Shown one piece after another: positions 21,415 through 32,133 of a stretch of DNA of 64,000 nt (positions are counted from its first letter, which is position 1; the number at the start of each line of letters is the position of its first letter). The notes under the pieces are model-generated. The model searched no databases, had not been told where the DNA came from, and saw only the letters and a list, made by a program, of their open reading frames with translations. The DNA is from Syntrophales bacterium. Lineage in GTDB: Bacteria; Desulfobacterota; Syntrophia; Syntrophales; UBA2210. Position numbers and translations under genes: made by a program. Location: assembly GCA_963666365.2 (NCBI GenBank), contig CAXXNF010000001.1, forward strand, positions 1,056,001 through 1,120,000, in the 5' to 3' direction.

Positions 21415-21846
21415 CTATTTTGGGGTATTCAGGAAGGGAAGCGGGGCGTCTTTCCGGTAAACCAGAGCGTTACAGGTAGCCATGAGACGTTCCTTTTCGT
21501 CCTTCACAGTAATTGCATAGGTTGCCGTTCGTCGGGTTCTGCTGATTTCGGTCGCTTCAGCCCTCAGCGTGTCGCCGATTTCAGGCGCCGCTATGTAGGT
21601 AACATTCATATTCAGGGCAACCGCCATAATGCCGTGGGAATTGGAGGCGATCTCGAAGGCCTCGTCTAAAAGTGAAAAAATCGCCCCTCCGTGGGCCATA
21701 CCGAAGATGTTCGCCATCTCCTCGGTAAGCGCCATTTCCACAAGCGCATACCCTTCATCAACCGCACACAGTCGGATCCCCATTTTCCCGGCGTAGGGTT
21801 CGTGCAACACCTCCATTTTTATTGATTCTTCAATTTCCTTACGCAC
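21415..21846 (-). CDS. PaaI-family hotdog-fold acyl-CoA thioesterase
   Basis: NIFGMAHGGAIFSLLDEAF...ASNS. Confidence 0.88.
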   Translation of the reverse strand: MRKEIEESIKMEVLHEPYAGKMGIRLCAVDEGYALVEMALTEEMANIFGMAHGGAIFSLLDEAFEIASNSHGIMAVALNMNVTYIAAPEIGDTLRAEATEISRTRRTATYAITVKDEKERLMATCNALVYRKDAPLPFLNTPK

Positions 21847-22035
21847 CTGTCCCCCCTGCGTTTTTCTGTAGTGATATAGGAAATTCAGGAATGTGTCTAT
21901 CTATAAATCATCGAAACTTACATGTTCCCTTTATGGAAAAATTCTTCACAAAGCACTTGACACCCTTCGGTACACGCGCTAGTGTGCGTGATTTTAATGT
22001 GTAGTCATACTATTTGCTGAAAAAGAAAGGTCATA

Positions 22036-22212
22036 ATGGGAATATTACAGAACCTCCTCTCAAGGAAAAAATCGCCAGAAGACATAAAACTTGGCAGAAA
22101 CGATCTGTGCTGGTGCGGGAGCGGCAAAAAATACAAGCGATGCTGCATGGAAGATGACGCCAGGAAACGATCGAGCAGAATCGCCGAAGCGGCGATTCAG
22201 GGCAAGCGATAA
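22036..22212 (+). CDS. Small SEC-C metal-binding motif protein (58 aa), absent from the ORF track
   Basis: Hand translation [67 protein letters not shown]. Confidence 0.85.
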   Translation: MGILQNLLSRKKSPEDIKLGRNDLCWCGSGKKYKRCCMEDDARKRSSRIAEAAIQGKR

Positions 22213-22278
22213 TATGAACCGGCAATCAGAATCGCACACACACGATTCTCATTGGACATAGGCTATAAGGAGATCAGT

Positions 22279-22764
22279 ATGCAACAAAAGCAATGGGACA
22301 CACGGCCGGCATTGACAATCGATCCGGAGAAAAGCTACCGGGCATCGATAGAAACTGAAAAGGGGAAAATAGAGCTGACTCTTTATCCCCAGCACGCGCC
22401 TCAGACGGTAAACAACTTTGTATTCCTGGCACGGGAAGGATTTTATGACGGCGTCGCCTTTCACCGGGTAATCGGGAATTTTATGATTCAGGGAGGCGAT
22501 CCGACGGGCACTGGCAGGGGAGGACCGGGGTACCATTTTGAGGATGAAATAAAGGGTAATCCGCTGCAGCATGAAACCGGGGTCATTTCAATGGCGAATG
22601 CCGGTCCCCATACTAATGGAAGCCAGTTTTTCATTACCCATTCGCCGCAACCGCACCTGAACGGCAACCATACGGTCTTCGGGAAGGTCACGGCGGGGCA
22701 GAGCGTGGTAAACGCAATCCGCCAGGGAGACAGGATGATTAAAGTTACCATTGAGGAGCTGTAG
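22279..22764 (+). CDS. Cyclophilin-type peptidylprolyl isomerase
   Basis: [33 protein letters not shown]. Confidence 0.95.
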   Translation: MQQKQWDTRPALTIDPEKSYRASIETEKGKIELTLYPQHAPQTVNNFVFLAREGFYDGVAFHRVIGNFMIQGGDPTGTGRGGPGYHFEDEIKGNPLQHETGVISMANAGPHTNGSQFFITHSPQPHLNGNHTVFGKVTAGQSVVNAIRQGDRMIKVTIEEL

Positions 22765-22862
22765 TCTTCTTAACCGTTGACCCCCTCTCGGCGCCGGTAG
22801 TATAGTAGAACAACTTGTGCAGTGTGCAAAAAGGCTTCCTGAAAGGATATAGAGGGCATGCC

Positions 22863-24659
22863 ATGACTCTGCAGATGCTGCTTGTATTTCTGATTCTCGC
22901 CGTAACGGTGTTTCTTATTGCAAGTGACGCCCTGAGGGTGGACATAGTCGCCATTTCGGTTATGGTACTCCTGCCCTGGCTGGGTCTCCTCACGCCGGCG
23001 GAGGCATTTTCCGGACTTGCCAGCAATGCCGTAGTAGCAGTTATCGCCGTGATGATCCTGGGGTATGGGGTGGATCGTTCCGGCGCCGTCAACCGACTGA
23101 TACACCCTATTATTCTATTTGCCCGTAACGACGAACGACGTCTTATCGGCGTAGTAACCGTTACGGTAGGACTGATTTCAGCCTTTATGCAGAACAGCGG
23201 GGTTGTTGCCCTCTTCCTGCCCGCCATGCTGAGAATCTCAAAGAGTACGGGAATGCCGGCTTCACGCCTTTTGATGCCCATGGCCTTTGCCGTACTGCTG
23301 GGAGGAAACCTTAGCATGATCGGATCGGCGCCCTTGATAATCCTTAATGACCTGCTTCGCCAGGGTGGAGAGAACGATTTCGGTCTGTTCTCCGTGACGC
23401 CGGCGGGAATTGTTCTACTCGGAGCAGGAGTTCTCTATTTTTTCTTTTTCGGAAATCGCGTACTGCCCGATCTGGGGAAACGGTCAAAAAAATCCGTAAG
23501 CGCCCAGCAAAAACTAATAGAAACCTGGCATCTTCCCACAACCATCTACCAGTGCGCAGTTCCGGCGCAAAGCCCCCTGGTAGGTAAAACGAGGGGAGAA
23601 GCCCAGATTCGGGCGCACTACCGGCTGAATCTTCTTGCCTTGGCGCAGGGGGACGATGTGCACTACGCCCCATGGCGACATACGCCTTTTGCTGCGGGAC
23701 AGCGCATGGCGCTTCTGGGGAACAAGGACGATCTGAACAGATTTGTCAATGATTACGGGCTTATGTACAAAGAAGACGCCAGGCCCTTCGAGCATCTGGA
23801 AACCGCGGGAAATGCCGGCTTTGCCGAACTGATCATTCCTGTCCGGGCGCCGATTATTGGAAAGTCACTGCGCGACATCGCACTTCGCAAGACCTACGGT
23901 GTCGAGCCGATCATGTTGCTAAGCGGCGAGGGTGAGGCGCGGCAGAATTTTTCCGATGAACAACTTCAGGCAGGAAATGCGCTTATCGTTCACGGAAGAT
24001 GGCAGCAAATCAGAGCGATGGCCGACAACAACAACTTCGTGCTCATTACCCCCGTTGACGCAAAAGAAGAGGCGGAAGAGGCACGGCCGGGAATGGCTTT
24101 GGTCTGTTTTATCGGCGCCATTATTCTCACCCTCTTAGGCCTCCCCATTGCCCTCGGTCTCCTGACGGGCGCCTTGGCAATGATTCTGCTGCGTGTTGTC
24201 CCCATTGATGAAGCCTACCGATCCGTCAACTGGCGAACAGTGTTTCTTCTGGCGGGATTGATTCCGCTGGGAATCGCCATGGATCAGAGCGGCGCCGCTC
24301 GGTATGTAGCCTCCCATGCACTCCACCTTCTGGAAGGAAGCTCCCCGATTCTGATACTCTGCACCGTCGGTCTCCTTACCACCTTCTTTACTCTCGTCAT
24401 ATCAAACGTGGCCGCCACGGTGCTCCTGGTTCCTCTGGCAATGGTCATGGCCGATTTGTCGGACATTAATCCCCGCGGCATGGCACTCCTGGTCGCCCTC
24501 TGCGCCTCGAATTCATTTCTGCTTCCCACGCATCAGGTAAACGCACTGATTCTGGCGCCGGGGGGATATAAGACGGCGGATTTCATGCGCACAGGCAGCA
24601 TACTGACTATTTTGTTTCTCGGCATATCGGTGCTCTTTATCTACCTGTTTCATGTGTGA
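22863..24659 (+). CDS. SLC13/CitMHS-type permease with two TrkA-C (RCK_C) domains
   Basis: TM blocks at both ends, central SPLVGKT and APIIGKSL repeats, SNVAA motif, PGGYK. Confidence 0.88.
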   Translation: MTLQMLLVFLILAVTVFLIASDALRVDIVAISVMVLLPWLGLLTPAEAFSGLASNAVVAVIAVMILGYGVDRSGAVNRLIHPIILFARNDERRLIGVVTVTVGLISAFMQNSGVVALFLPAMLRISKSTGMPASRLLMPMAFAVLLGGNLSMIGSAPLIILNDLLRQGGENDFGLFSVTPAGIVLLGAGVLYFFFFGNRVLPDLGKRSKKSVSAQQKLIETWHLPTTIYQCAVPAQSPLVGKTRGEAQIRAHYRLNLLALAQGDDVHYAPWRHTPFAAGQRMALLGNKDDLNRFVNDYGLMYKEDARPFEHLETAGNAGFAELIIPVRAPIIGKSLRDIALRKTYGVEPIMLLSGEGEARQNFSDEQLQAGNALIVHGRWQQIRAMADNNNFVLITPVDAKEEAEEARPGMALVCFIGAIILTLLGLPIALGLLTGALAMILLRVVPIDEAYRSVNWRTVFLLAGLIPLGIAMDQSGAARYVASHALHLLEGSSPILILCTVGLLTTFFTLVISNVAATVLLVPLAMVMADLSDINPRGMALLVALCASNSFLLPTHQVNALILAPGGYKTADFMRTGSILTILFLGISVLFIYLFHV

Positions 24660-24821
24660 CGCCGCCGCAGAAAGGGCCATAGAAACAGAAACGCGCCGAG
24701 ACTGTTCTCTTATCAGGCCTTTATATATGCAATGTTCCGGTCTCTTAGGAGAAACAATGTAACCTCTTGCGTCGGCTATGCGACGTACTATATACACAAT
24801 GAAGAAAAGAGGTGTACGGTC

Positions 24822-25622
24822 ATGTTGCAAAGAGCCAAAAAACGGCGGGTCCGGGGTTCGATTGTCCTTGCCGCGATATTTGCATCGGCCTTCGTGCTGC
24901 CCCATAACGAAGTACTGGCATTTCACAGGCACTCTCCGGAGAGTCCACAGAGTTATCAGTCCCGCATAAATCAGTCGAACCTGCAACAGCCAGAACTGTC
25001 TCGTCCCGCGGCGCATCACTCCCGAATCTACCAGCCAAGGGCGTATCGGTCACGCGCGGCCCGCCCTCCTGTGCATTACTCATACTGGCGGGATCACGAC
25101 CCGTTACTGCGGTTGCTGCCGCTTGGCGTCGCCCTGCTGACCATCGCCGGCATTCATTATTACTACCATCAGGAACGGGACGTCTACTACAGGCAGGCGC
25201 CCTCCGGGTATATAACGGTTCCACCGCCGATCGGCGCCTGTGTGAAGACCCTTCCCATTGGATACACGACCTTTTATGCAAGCGACGCCAGGTACTTTTA
25301 TTATGGAGGCGTCTATTACCGGAGGGCGCCGGCGGGGTATATCGTGGTGAACCCTCCCTACATGATCCAGTCTTCGAGTGGTGCGGCAGAACCTTCCGCG
25401 ACAGGTTCATCATCGGCACGCGTTACTGTCACAGCCCAGTTGTTGAATGTTCGCTCCGGTCCCGGCGTGGAACATCCTATCATTCATCAGGTCGCCAAAG
25501 GCACTCTTCTGGAAACTCACGGCACTGCTCCGGGATGGCTGTATGTCAAACTTCCGGTGGGTTGTTATGGGTGGGTAATGATTCAATTTACCGCATCCTC
25601 CACACCGGCAACCTGTGGATAA
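24822..25622 (+). CDS. Exported DUF6515-like Tyr-rich protein with C-terminal bacterial SH3 domain
   Basis: Signal peptide, repeated YYYxxGVYY...GYxVVxPP units, LNVRSGPG...GWV. Confidence 0.75.
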   Translation: MLQRAKKRRVRGSIVLAAIFASAFVLPHNEVLAFHRHSPESPQSYQSRINQSNLQQPELSRPAAHHSRIYQPRAYRSRAARPPVHYSYWRDHDPLLRLLPLGVALLTIAGIHYYYHQERDVYYRQAPSGYITVPPPIGACVKTLPIGYTTFYASDARYFYYGGVYYRRAPAGYIVVNPPYMIQSSSGAAEPSATGSSSARVTVTAQLLNVRSGPGVEHPIIHQVAKGTLLETHGTAPGWLYVKLPVGCYGWVMIQFTASSTPATCG

Positions 25623-25641
25623 CCAACGTCCGCTCTAACAG

Positions 25642-25684
25642 GGGGAGAATTCCTTTCTGAAGGAACTCTCCCCGTATTTTTTTT
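25642..25684 (+). terminator. Intrinsic terminator
   Basis: GGGGAGAATTCCTT-TCTG-AAGGAACTCTCCCC followed by a T8 tract. Confidence 0.75.
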
Positions 25685-25865
25685 GCCCCACCCCCCTTTC
25701 CCGTTGCTATTCCTCCCCCGATTGTTTATTATACACACTATTTCGTGCACGAACGATAGACGACACAACGTGCACCATGAGTACCGCGACCGTTATGCGG
25801 CACTGAAGATTATCGATTCCCTGCAAACCTGTACGGCTGTCACAGGCATTTTTTAAGGATAGACT

Positions 25866-26849
25866 ATGGCACTCATCAATACGGTTCTCGGTCCCATACA
25901 CCCGGACTCCCTGGGACCGACCCTCGTGCATGAACACCTTGCAATCGGCTTTCCAGGATGGGAATTAGATCCCCTGGCAGGGTCAACGAACCGGAGGCAC
26001 ATCGTTGAAACCTGTCTCAAGGCGCTCAAACCGGCAAAAGATCTCGGCCTCCGTTCCCTCATTGACGCCACTCCCCCCGATCTTTCCAGAGATGTGGAAA
26101 TCATGAGGGAAGTGTCCGAGAAGGCAGAGATCAATGTCATCTGTGCCACGGGCAGGTATGATGAGGAAAAAGGAACCTGGACCTATCTGAAATTCAAGAA
26201 CCAGGGTGATATGGGGGCCATCCGGGGAGAACTCTATGAGGGGTTTATGCGAGAGGTCACCTCTGGAATCGGCCCGTTGCATATAAAGCCCGGCGTCATA
26301 AAAGTCGCCACGGGGCTGGGACATATTTCCCCCTGTGAAGAGGCACTGCTGACGGCGGCGGCCAGAGTCAGCAAGGAAACGGGCGTCCCCATCGTCACCC
26401 ATACCGAAGACGGCACCATGGGACCGGAACAGGCGCAGCTTCTTATTGACGAAGGCGCCGACCCGAACCGCATCATGATCGGCCATATGTGCGGCAATCA
26501 ATCGCTTGACTATCACAGGTCCGTGTTGCACAGAGGCGTCAACATTGCCTTCGACCGCTTCGGGGTCGATATTTTCGTTTCCGACGCGGCGCGCCTCGCC
26601 ACACTCGTCGCGCTTCTGCGTGAAGGGCACGCCGAAAATATCATGCTCTCCCATGACCATGTCAGCGCAACCTTCGGCCGCGGCGGCGTCTGGCCGACAC
26701 ACCTGCTCCCCCAGACCGTTAATTGGTCCTTTTCCCACATATTCAAGGCCATCATCCCGGCACTCAAACAGGAAGGGATCGAAGATGAGATGATTCGCAC
26801 AATGATAATCGACAATCCCCGCCGTCTCTTTGAAGGAACAGCCGAATAA
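25866..26849 (+). CDS. Phosphotriesterase-related amidohydrolase / lactonase
   Basis: TVLGPI, HEH, GVIKV, THT, IGH and SHD metal ligands. Confidence 0.9.
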   Translation: MALINTVLGPIHPDSLGPTLVHEHLAIGFPGWELDPLAGSTNRRHIVETCLKALKPAKDLGLRSLIDATPPDLSRDVEIMREVSEKAEINVICATGRYDEEKGTWTYLKFKNQGDMGAIRGELYEGFMREVTSGIGPLHIKPGVIKVATGLGHISPCEEALLTAAARVSKETGVPIVTHTEDGTMGPEQAQLLIDEGADPNRIMIGHMCGNQSLDYHRSVLHRGVNIAFDRFGVDIFVSDAARLATLVALLREGHAENIMLSHDHVSATFGRGGVWPTHLLPQTVNWSFSHIFKAIIPALKQEGIEDEMIRTMIIDNPRRLFEGTAE

Positions 26850-26886
26850 ACCAAAAACCCGGAATTTAAATAGAGGAGGAAGATTC

Positions 26887-27555
26887 ATGGAGCTGAAAGA
26901 AGCCATTGCGAAGAGGAGAAGCATTCGGAGTTACAGAAACGATCCCCTGTCAAAGGAGACACTTGCGGAAATCATCGAAACGTCTCTACGCGCACCGTCG
27001 GCGATGAACGTACAGCCATGGGAAATTATTGTCCTCGCCGGCGCCCCCCTCGATGAGCTCCGCCGGGCTAATATGGAAAAACTGAGCGCCGGCGCCGCAC
27101 CGGTTTCCGATTTCGGCCATGCGAAGCCCTATGAAGGTGTCCATAAAGAACGCCAGCGTACCCTGGGATTCGACCTTTACGGGCTTCTGGGCATTGCCCG
27201 CGACGATACGCAAAAGCGAACGGAGTGGACCATGAAGGGGTTTCGCGGGTTCGACGCACCGGCCATGATTATACTCGCGGCCGATGAGAGCCTGGATGTC
27301 CGCCTGGCCGCCTCCGATATCGGGGGGCTGATACAGACGATCTGCCTGACGGCACTTGAATACGGTCTGGGTACCTGCATCAATGGCCAGGGCGTCTTTT
27401 TCCCCGACGAAGTCAGAAAAATCGTCGGCATCCCGCCGTCTAAAAAAATCTACATCTGTATCGCTATCGGCTACCCCGATTGGGATCACCCGGCAAATGC
27501 ACTGGAAAGTGCGAGAGAGTCGGTTGAAACCATGGTGCGCTGGGTCGGCCTCTAA
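26887..27555 (+). CDS. Nitroreductase family protein
   Basis: RRSIRSY, APSAMNVQPW, GLGTC, AIGYP. Confidence 0.9.
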   Translation: MELKEAIAKRRSIRSYRNDPLSKETLAEIIETSLRAPSAMNVQPWEIIVLAGAPLDELRRANMEKLSAGAAPVSDFGHAKPYEGVHKERQRTLGFDLYGLLGIARDDTQKRTEWTMKGFRGFDAPAMIILAADESLDVRLAASDIGGLIQTICLTALEYGLGTCINGQGVFFPDEVRKIVGIPPSKKIYICIAIGYPDWDHPANALESARESVETMVRWVGL

Positions 27556-27602
27556 TGCACTGCGAAGATGTCAAATTGTAAATTATGAAGAAAGGAAACA
27601 CC

Positions 27603-28295
27603 ATGGCACTTATCCAATATGAGATGGACGAGCATATGGCAGTGGTCACTATGAATGCCGGTGAAAACCGCTTTAACTTCCCCTTCATCCGGGCATTCAT
27701 GGAAGTGCTGGACGAGATCGAGGAAAAAACCGATGCAAAGGCGCTCGCGGTGAAATCATCGGATGTAAAGATATGGTCCAACGGCATTGACCTGAACTGG
27801 CTTCTTCCGGTGATCGAAAGGCAGGAGCAGGCATTGATCAATTCATTCCTGCGAGAGTTATTTGGCTTGATGAGACGCGTACTCCTCTATCCGATGCCCA
27901 CTATTGCCGCCATTAACGGTCACGCCTTTGCAGGCGGCGCATTTCTGTCATTCGCCCACGACTTCCGCTTCATGCGTAATGACAGGGGGTGGATCTGCAT
28001 GCCCGAGGTGGATCTCGGCATGTCACTTACACCGGTGTTTGTGGCGCTTTCGAAACGGGCGGTTCCCATGTATATGTTCGAAGAGATGCAATACACGGCA
28101 CGAAGGCTCACGGCGCAGGAATGCGAGCAACACCACATCATTACGAAAGCCTGTGCCAACGAGGAGCTGCTGTCCGAGGTGCGGGCCTTTGCAATGCCCC
28201 TGAAAAAAGACCGGGAAGTAATCCGGAAAATGAAGATTGAAACCCACGACCAAACCCTTGCCGTAATCGACAGGGAACTTGCATCTCTGTCGTGA
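27603..28295 (+). CDS. Enoyl-CoA hydratase/isomerase family (delta3,delta2-isomerase-like)
   Basis: WSNGIDL, AAINGHAFAGG, MPEVDLG. Only one catalytic Glu. Confidence 0.85.
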   Translation: MALIQYEMDEHMAVVTMNAGENRFNFPFIRAFMEVLDEIEEKTDAKALAVKSSDVKIWSNGIDLNWLLPVIERQEQALINSFLRELFGLMRRVLLYPMPTIAAINGHAFAGGAFLSFAHDFRFMRNDRGWICMPEVDLGMSLTPVFVALSKRAVPMYMFEEMQYTARRLTAQECEQHHIITKACANEELLSEVRAFAMPLKKDREVIRKMKIETHDQTLAVIDRELASLS

Positions 28296-28442
28296 AGAGA
28301 CGACCAGCGCATAAGGAAGAATGAGGAATGACCGGTAACCGGTATAAAGAACGAATCGCCAAACCGGTGGGCATCAGGCGCGAAGGCTCAACAAAGGGCA
28401 TCTTCAGAGCGCTCCATTCGTGGCATTAACGAGGACAGCCCG

Positions 28443-29360
28443 TTGAAGATTCATTCTCTGGATGACATTTCGAGACTGGCACGTGAAAAAGGGCCGAAAA
28501 CACTTGCTGTTCTCGCACCGGAGGACGAGGAGTTTATGGCGGCGGTAAAAGAGGCGCGCCGACTCGGTTTTATTGAACCTCTGCTCATCGGTGATGTGGA
28601 GATCATGAAAACCATGGCCGAGAAGGTGGAATTCGATATAAGCCCCTTCGAAACGATTTCCCTGCGTGACAAACAGGAGATCTCAGACCTGGGCATCGCA
28701 CTGCTTTTTTCCGGTCAGCGCGCCATTGCCAGCAAAGGGCAGATTCCCACCTCTTTTATCTACCGTTCGATCATTCGGCAGGAGGCCACGGCGGGTTCCG
28801 GCATGACGGTCAGTGTGGTCTGCTTCTGGGAAGTTCCAGGCGTCGATCATCTGGTGGCGCTGACCGATACAGGCGTCAACATCGCGCCCAATGTAAGAGC
28901 CAAGGCGGAAATACTGAAAAACGCCGTCTTTGTCTGCCGCCTGCTGGGCTATGAGAAACCGAAAATCGCCATACTCTCGGGCCGGCGGGAAATCGGCGGC
29001 GGCCTTCAATCATTTAAGGATTTCGAGAAACTGAAGGAATACGCCGCTTTGGGGAAACTGGGGCTGTGCGAAATGCTCGAAGCCACGTCTTTTACCGACA
29101 TCTTTCTGGGCCAAGGAAAGAGGTTTAAAAATTACGAGGAGATCCGTACTGAAACTATGCCCCATATCCTCCTTGTCCCATCGCTCGATGCGGGAAACAT
29201 TATCTGCAAACTCGATTTCTTTCTCAATGTGACGCGAAGCGCCCTGGTGGCTACCTCGCGTGGGCCGGTCTGCATCCCGGCCCGTTCGGATCTTTGTGAT
29301 AACATCGTCCAGCAGATGGCCACGTGCGTCGTCCTGGCGGACCGAATGGAGACCCGATGA
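28443..29360 (+). CDS. Phosphate acyltransferase family protein (Ptb-like, divergent)
   Basis: TDTGVNIAP, PKIAILS, LLVPSLDAGNIICK, ARSD. Confidence 0.75.
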   Translation: MKIHSLDDISRLAREKGPKTLAVLAPEDEEFMAAVKEARRLGFIEPLLIGDVEIMKTMAEKVEFDISPFETISLRDKQEISDLGIALLFSGQRAIASKGQIPTSFIYRSIIRQEATAGSGMTVSVVCFWEVPGVDHLVALTDTGVNIAPNVRAKAEILKNAVFVCRLLGYEKPKIAILSGRREIGGGLQSFKDFEKLKEYAALGKLGLCEMLEATSFTDIFLGQGKRFKNYEEIRTETMPHILLVPSLDAGNIICKLDFFLNVTRSALVATSRGPVCIPARSDLCDNIVQQMATCVVLADRMETR

Positions 29361-29444
29361 GCTGCCGCAAAACGCTTCTCTATGCCAACATATTGGCATT
29401 ATAATGGAAAGTCTTCGCAAAGTGCCGGGAATAAAAACATTATT

Positions 29445-29525
29445 TCGCGCAGAGACGCAGGGACGCTGAGGATAAAAGGAAATAAAAAAATGTTTTTCTC
29501 TGCGCGTCTTGACGTCTCTGCGGGA
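29445..29525. repeat. Imperfect long inverted repeat (REP/MITE-like) between convergent genes
   Basis: TCGCGCAGAGACGCAGGGACGC ... GCGTCTTGACGTCTCTGCGGGA around an A-rich loop. Confidence 0.6.
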
Positions 29526-29600
29526 GAGAATGAACAGGTTACTTGGGTTCAGAACAATAGGGGTTACCTTGCTTTTTTTATGCATGTACTGTCGGGTACG

Positions 29601-32045
29601 TCACAGGTGATGCTCGGTTCTGGCAATAATGCCGTCCTGTAAAGGTTTCGGAAGTCGCGTGTAATAGGCGCTGTATCCTGCCACCTTGACAACGAGATCG
29701 CGGTAATCGTCAGGATTTTTCTGAGCCGCCCGCAGTGTTGCACCGTCTATCATATTGAACTGGACATGGAAAATCCCGTGATCCGCAAAGGCACGGATAA
29801 AATTAGTGAACCGCTGCATTCCATCCTTCAGTGTGAAGAAACGGGGATCGAACCTCAGATTAAGCGTCACTCCTGCCGTCAGCTCCGCGTTGTCGATCTT
29901 CCCCATACTTCCCAGAACCGCCGTAGGACCCTTCCTGTCGCAGCCGGCAGAGGGCGACCAGGCATCCGAAAGGGGCTGCCAGGCGGCGCGTCCCGACGGC
30001 AGCGCGCCGACAACCCAGCCGCCGAACACGTAATACTGAAGGGGGGCGCCCAGGGGAGTGGAAAACCCGCCCCTCGTGTTGGGCTGTTTCCCCACTTCTT
30101 CGGCAAAGACGTGGCTGACCCAGGCAACCTGCTCATCGGCGTAGTCATCGTCGTTTCCGAATTTGGGCGCCTCGCGGAGACGTTTCTGAAGCACTTCATT
30201 TCCCTCAAAGTTATGCTCCAGTGCCTCGCACAATTCCTTCATGGAAACAGTGCGATCCTCATAAACGAGTTTGCGTAGGGCTGTCAGCGAGTCTCCCGCA
30301 TCGGTGGAGCCGGCGCCGACGAACTGTTTGAAATTGAACAATGCTCCTCCTTCTTCGCGCGAAGTACCTTTCTCTATGCACCCATCAATCAGGCTCGATT
30401 CAAAGGGCGTGGGGAGCACATCGGCAAAGACGCGCTCGAAGATGTTCGACGCATCGGAGAAGTTCTTCGCCATGTGCGCGAGCTGTTTCCGGTAGGCGTT
30501 CTTGAACGCCTCGAATGACTCAAACGTGGCGGGATCGCCCGTTTTTGGACCGATCTGCTTCTTGTAATAGCGGCTGTACCCGTTGGTAAGCACCAGCTCC
30601 ATCACTGCGGCCATATTGAAAAATCCGCTGAACATGTATCCCGAATCCTGCCCGGGGATGACCGGTTCGTAACAGCCGACGGGCGTCGCCTTGCGGGCCA
30701 GCGGCAGGGTGATGCAGGGACCGCCCCTGGTTCCCCGGGCCAGCATCATTGTGGTAAGCGTGTCGGCATTCAGGTAGACGGGATGGCCGGAACCGAGCGA
30801 CGACAGTTCCGCGGCCCGAATCAGCAGGCGTTCCGGCGTGCGCCTGTGGACCAGTATGCTGAAAAAGGGTTCCACAAGCCGTATGCGCTTCATGCTCTCA
30901 ATCAGCATATAGGATATCTCGTTGGCGCCGTCACGACCGTCGGGCCGGTAGCCGCCCACGGATATGTGACTGCCGCTGTTGACGTGACTCAATTTGATAA
31001 AATAGCAGTCGAACAATTCCTGCGCCTCTTCCACAGTCAGTGCTCCTGAATCGATGTCCCTTCTGTAATAGTTGTAAAGGTACTGATCGATTCTGCCCGG
31101 TGTCTGGGACATGATGCGCGGCGATTCCCAGTTGAGAATGACCTGCGTCAAGAAGATGGATTGCAGGGCTTCATGCAGATTCCTCGCGGGCTGGGCGGGA
31201 ACCCGTTCGCAGATTTCCGATATTTTAAGCAGATCCTCTCTTCTTTCGTCATCCTGCTCCGATACGGCGAGAGTTCGCGCTGACTTCGCAAACCTCCCTC
31301 CCACCTCCGCAGCAGCCTCAAGCGCCAGCAGCACCGCGTCTAAAAACCGGGCTTCATGTTTGCGGTCCGAGGGCAGTGACGCACGCCTTTCCTCGGCTTC
31401 TTTTCGGATTCCCAGAAACCCCTTTTCCAGCACTTTTTCATAGTTGGCGGAATTATGCCCGTAATGCCCCCCCTTTATAAAGGGCGTATAGATCATGGAG
31501 CGCTTTGGAGGAAACACCCCATCATCAACAAGGAGCAGCGCTTTTAAATAATCGGGAAGCGCCTTTAGATTGCTGCCCAGCTGTGTCCGCGCCCAATCGC
31601 CTTCCCCTTTCCAGTAGGGGGCAATCTCTTCTTTCAACACTCTCTGATCCTCGGGATCAAAATCCTTCAATGAATATTCCAGGGTGTCGCGGACCGGCGC
31701 CATCCTTTTGCCCGCCAGCAGGACCGGGATATCATCGGGGATGACATCGAGGCAGAGAGGCCTGATGCCGGCATGGCCGACAATCAGTTCATCCGGGAGA
31801 ATCACTGCAGGCGTTTCTCGCGCAAGGGCGGCAAACACCTTCGCCCTCCGCATCATCATGGGCTCACCCTCGGTTTCCCTCATCACCCTTGTCTCGATCC
31901 GCAGGCGGTTGATTGAAGCCGAGTTGTACTCAAGTTTCAGATGGCCTTCCCGCAATCTGTCCACGCGCCGTCGCGCAGGAACGTCGCTCAGCGCTTTCGG
32001 CATACCTTCGGGGAACTGATTGTACGCTTCATGAATACCGTTCAT
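29601..32045 (-). CDS. Glycyl radical enzyme (PFL-like superfamily), substrate unknown
   Basis: ILPDELIVG, GRIDQYL, single-Cys loop VGCYEP, KFGNDD, Gly loop DLVVKVAGYS, IIART. Confidence 0.93.
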   Translation of the reverse strand: MNGIHEAYNQFPEGMPKALSDVPARRRVDRLREGHLKLEYNSASINRLRIETRVMRETEGEPMMMRRAKVFAALARETPAVILPDELIVGHAGIRPLCLDVIPDDIPVLLAGKRMAPVRDTLEYSLKDFDPEDQRVLKEEIAPYWKGEGDWARTQLGSNLKALPDYLKALLLVDDGVFPPKRSMIYTPFIKGGHYGHNSANYEKVLEKGFLGIRKEAEERRASLPSDRKHEARFLDAVLLALEAAAEVGGRFAKSARTLAVSEQDDERREDLLKISEICERVPAQPARNLHEALQSIFLTQVILNWESPRIMSQTPGRIDQYLYNYYRRDIDSGALTVEEAQELFDCYFIKLSHVNSGSHISVGGYRPDGRDGANEISYMLIESMKRIRLVEPFFSILVHRRTPERLLIRAAELSSLGSGHPVYLNADTLTTMMLARGTRGGPCITLPLARKATPVGCYEPVIPGQDSGYMFSGFFNMAAVMELVLTNGYSRYYKKQIGPKTGDPATFESFEAFKNAYRKQLAHMAKNFSDASNIFERVFADVLPTPFESSLIDGCIEKGTSREEGGALFNFKQFVGAGSTDAGDSLTALRKLVYEDRTVSMKELCEALEHNFEGNEVLQKRLREAPKFGNDDDYADEQVAWVSHVFAEEVGKQPNTRGGFSTPLGAPLQYYVFGGWVVGALPSGRAAWQPLSDAWSPSAGCDRKGPTAVLGSMGKIDNAELTAGVTLNLRFDPRFFTLKDGMQRFTNFIRAFADHGIFHVQFNMIDGATLRAAQKNPDDYRDLVVKVAGYSAYYTRLPKPLQDGIIARTEHHL

Positions 32046-32133
32046 AGAACCCGCCTTTCATTCTTTTCATACTTGATGGTCCGTACGTAATAGGAAATTG
32101 TGCGAATTCGCCACCGTTGCCGCCCCGATTTCT

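Noticed and set aside
28328..28429. 33-codon ORF between the isomerase and Ptb-like genes
   Set aside because: No properly spaced RBS and no recognisable motif.
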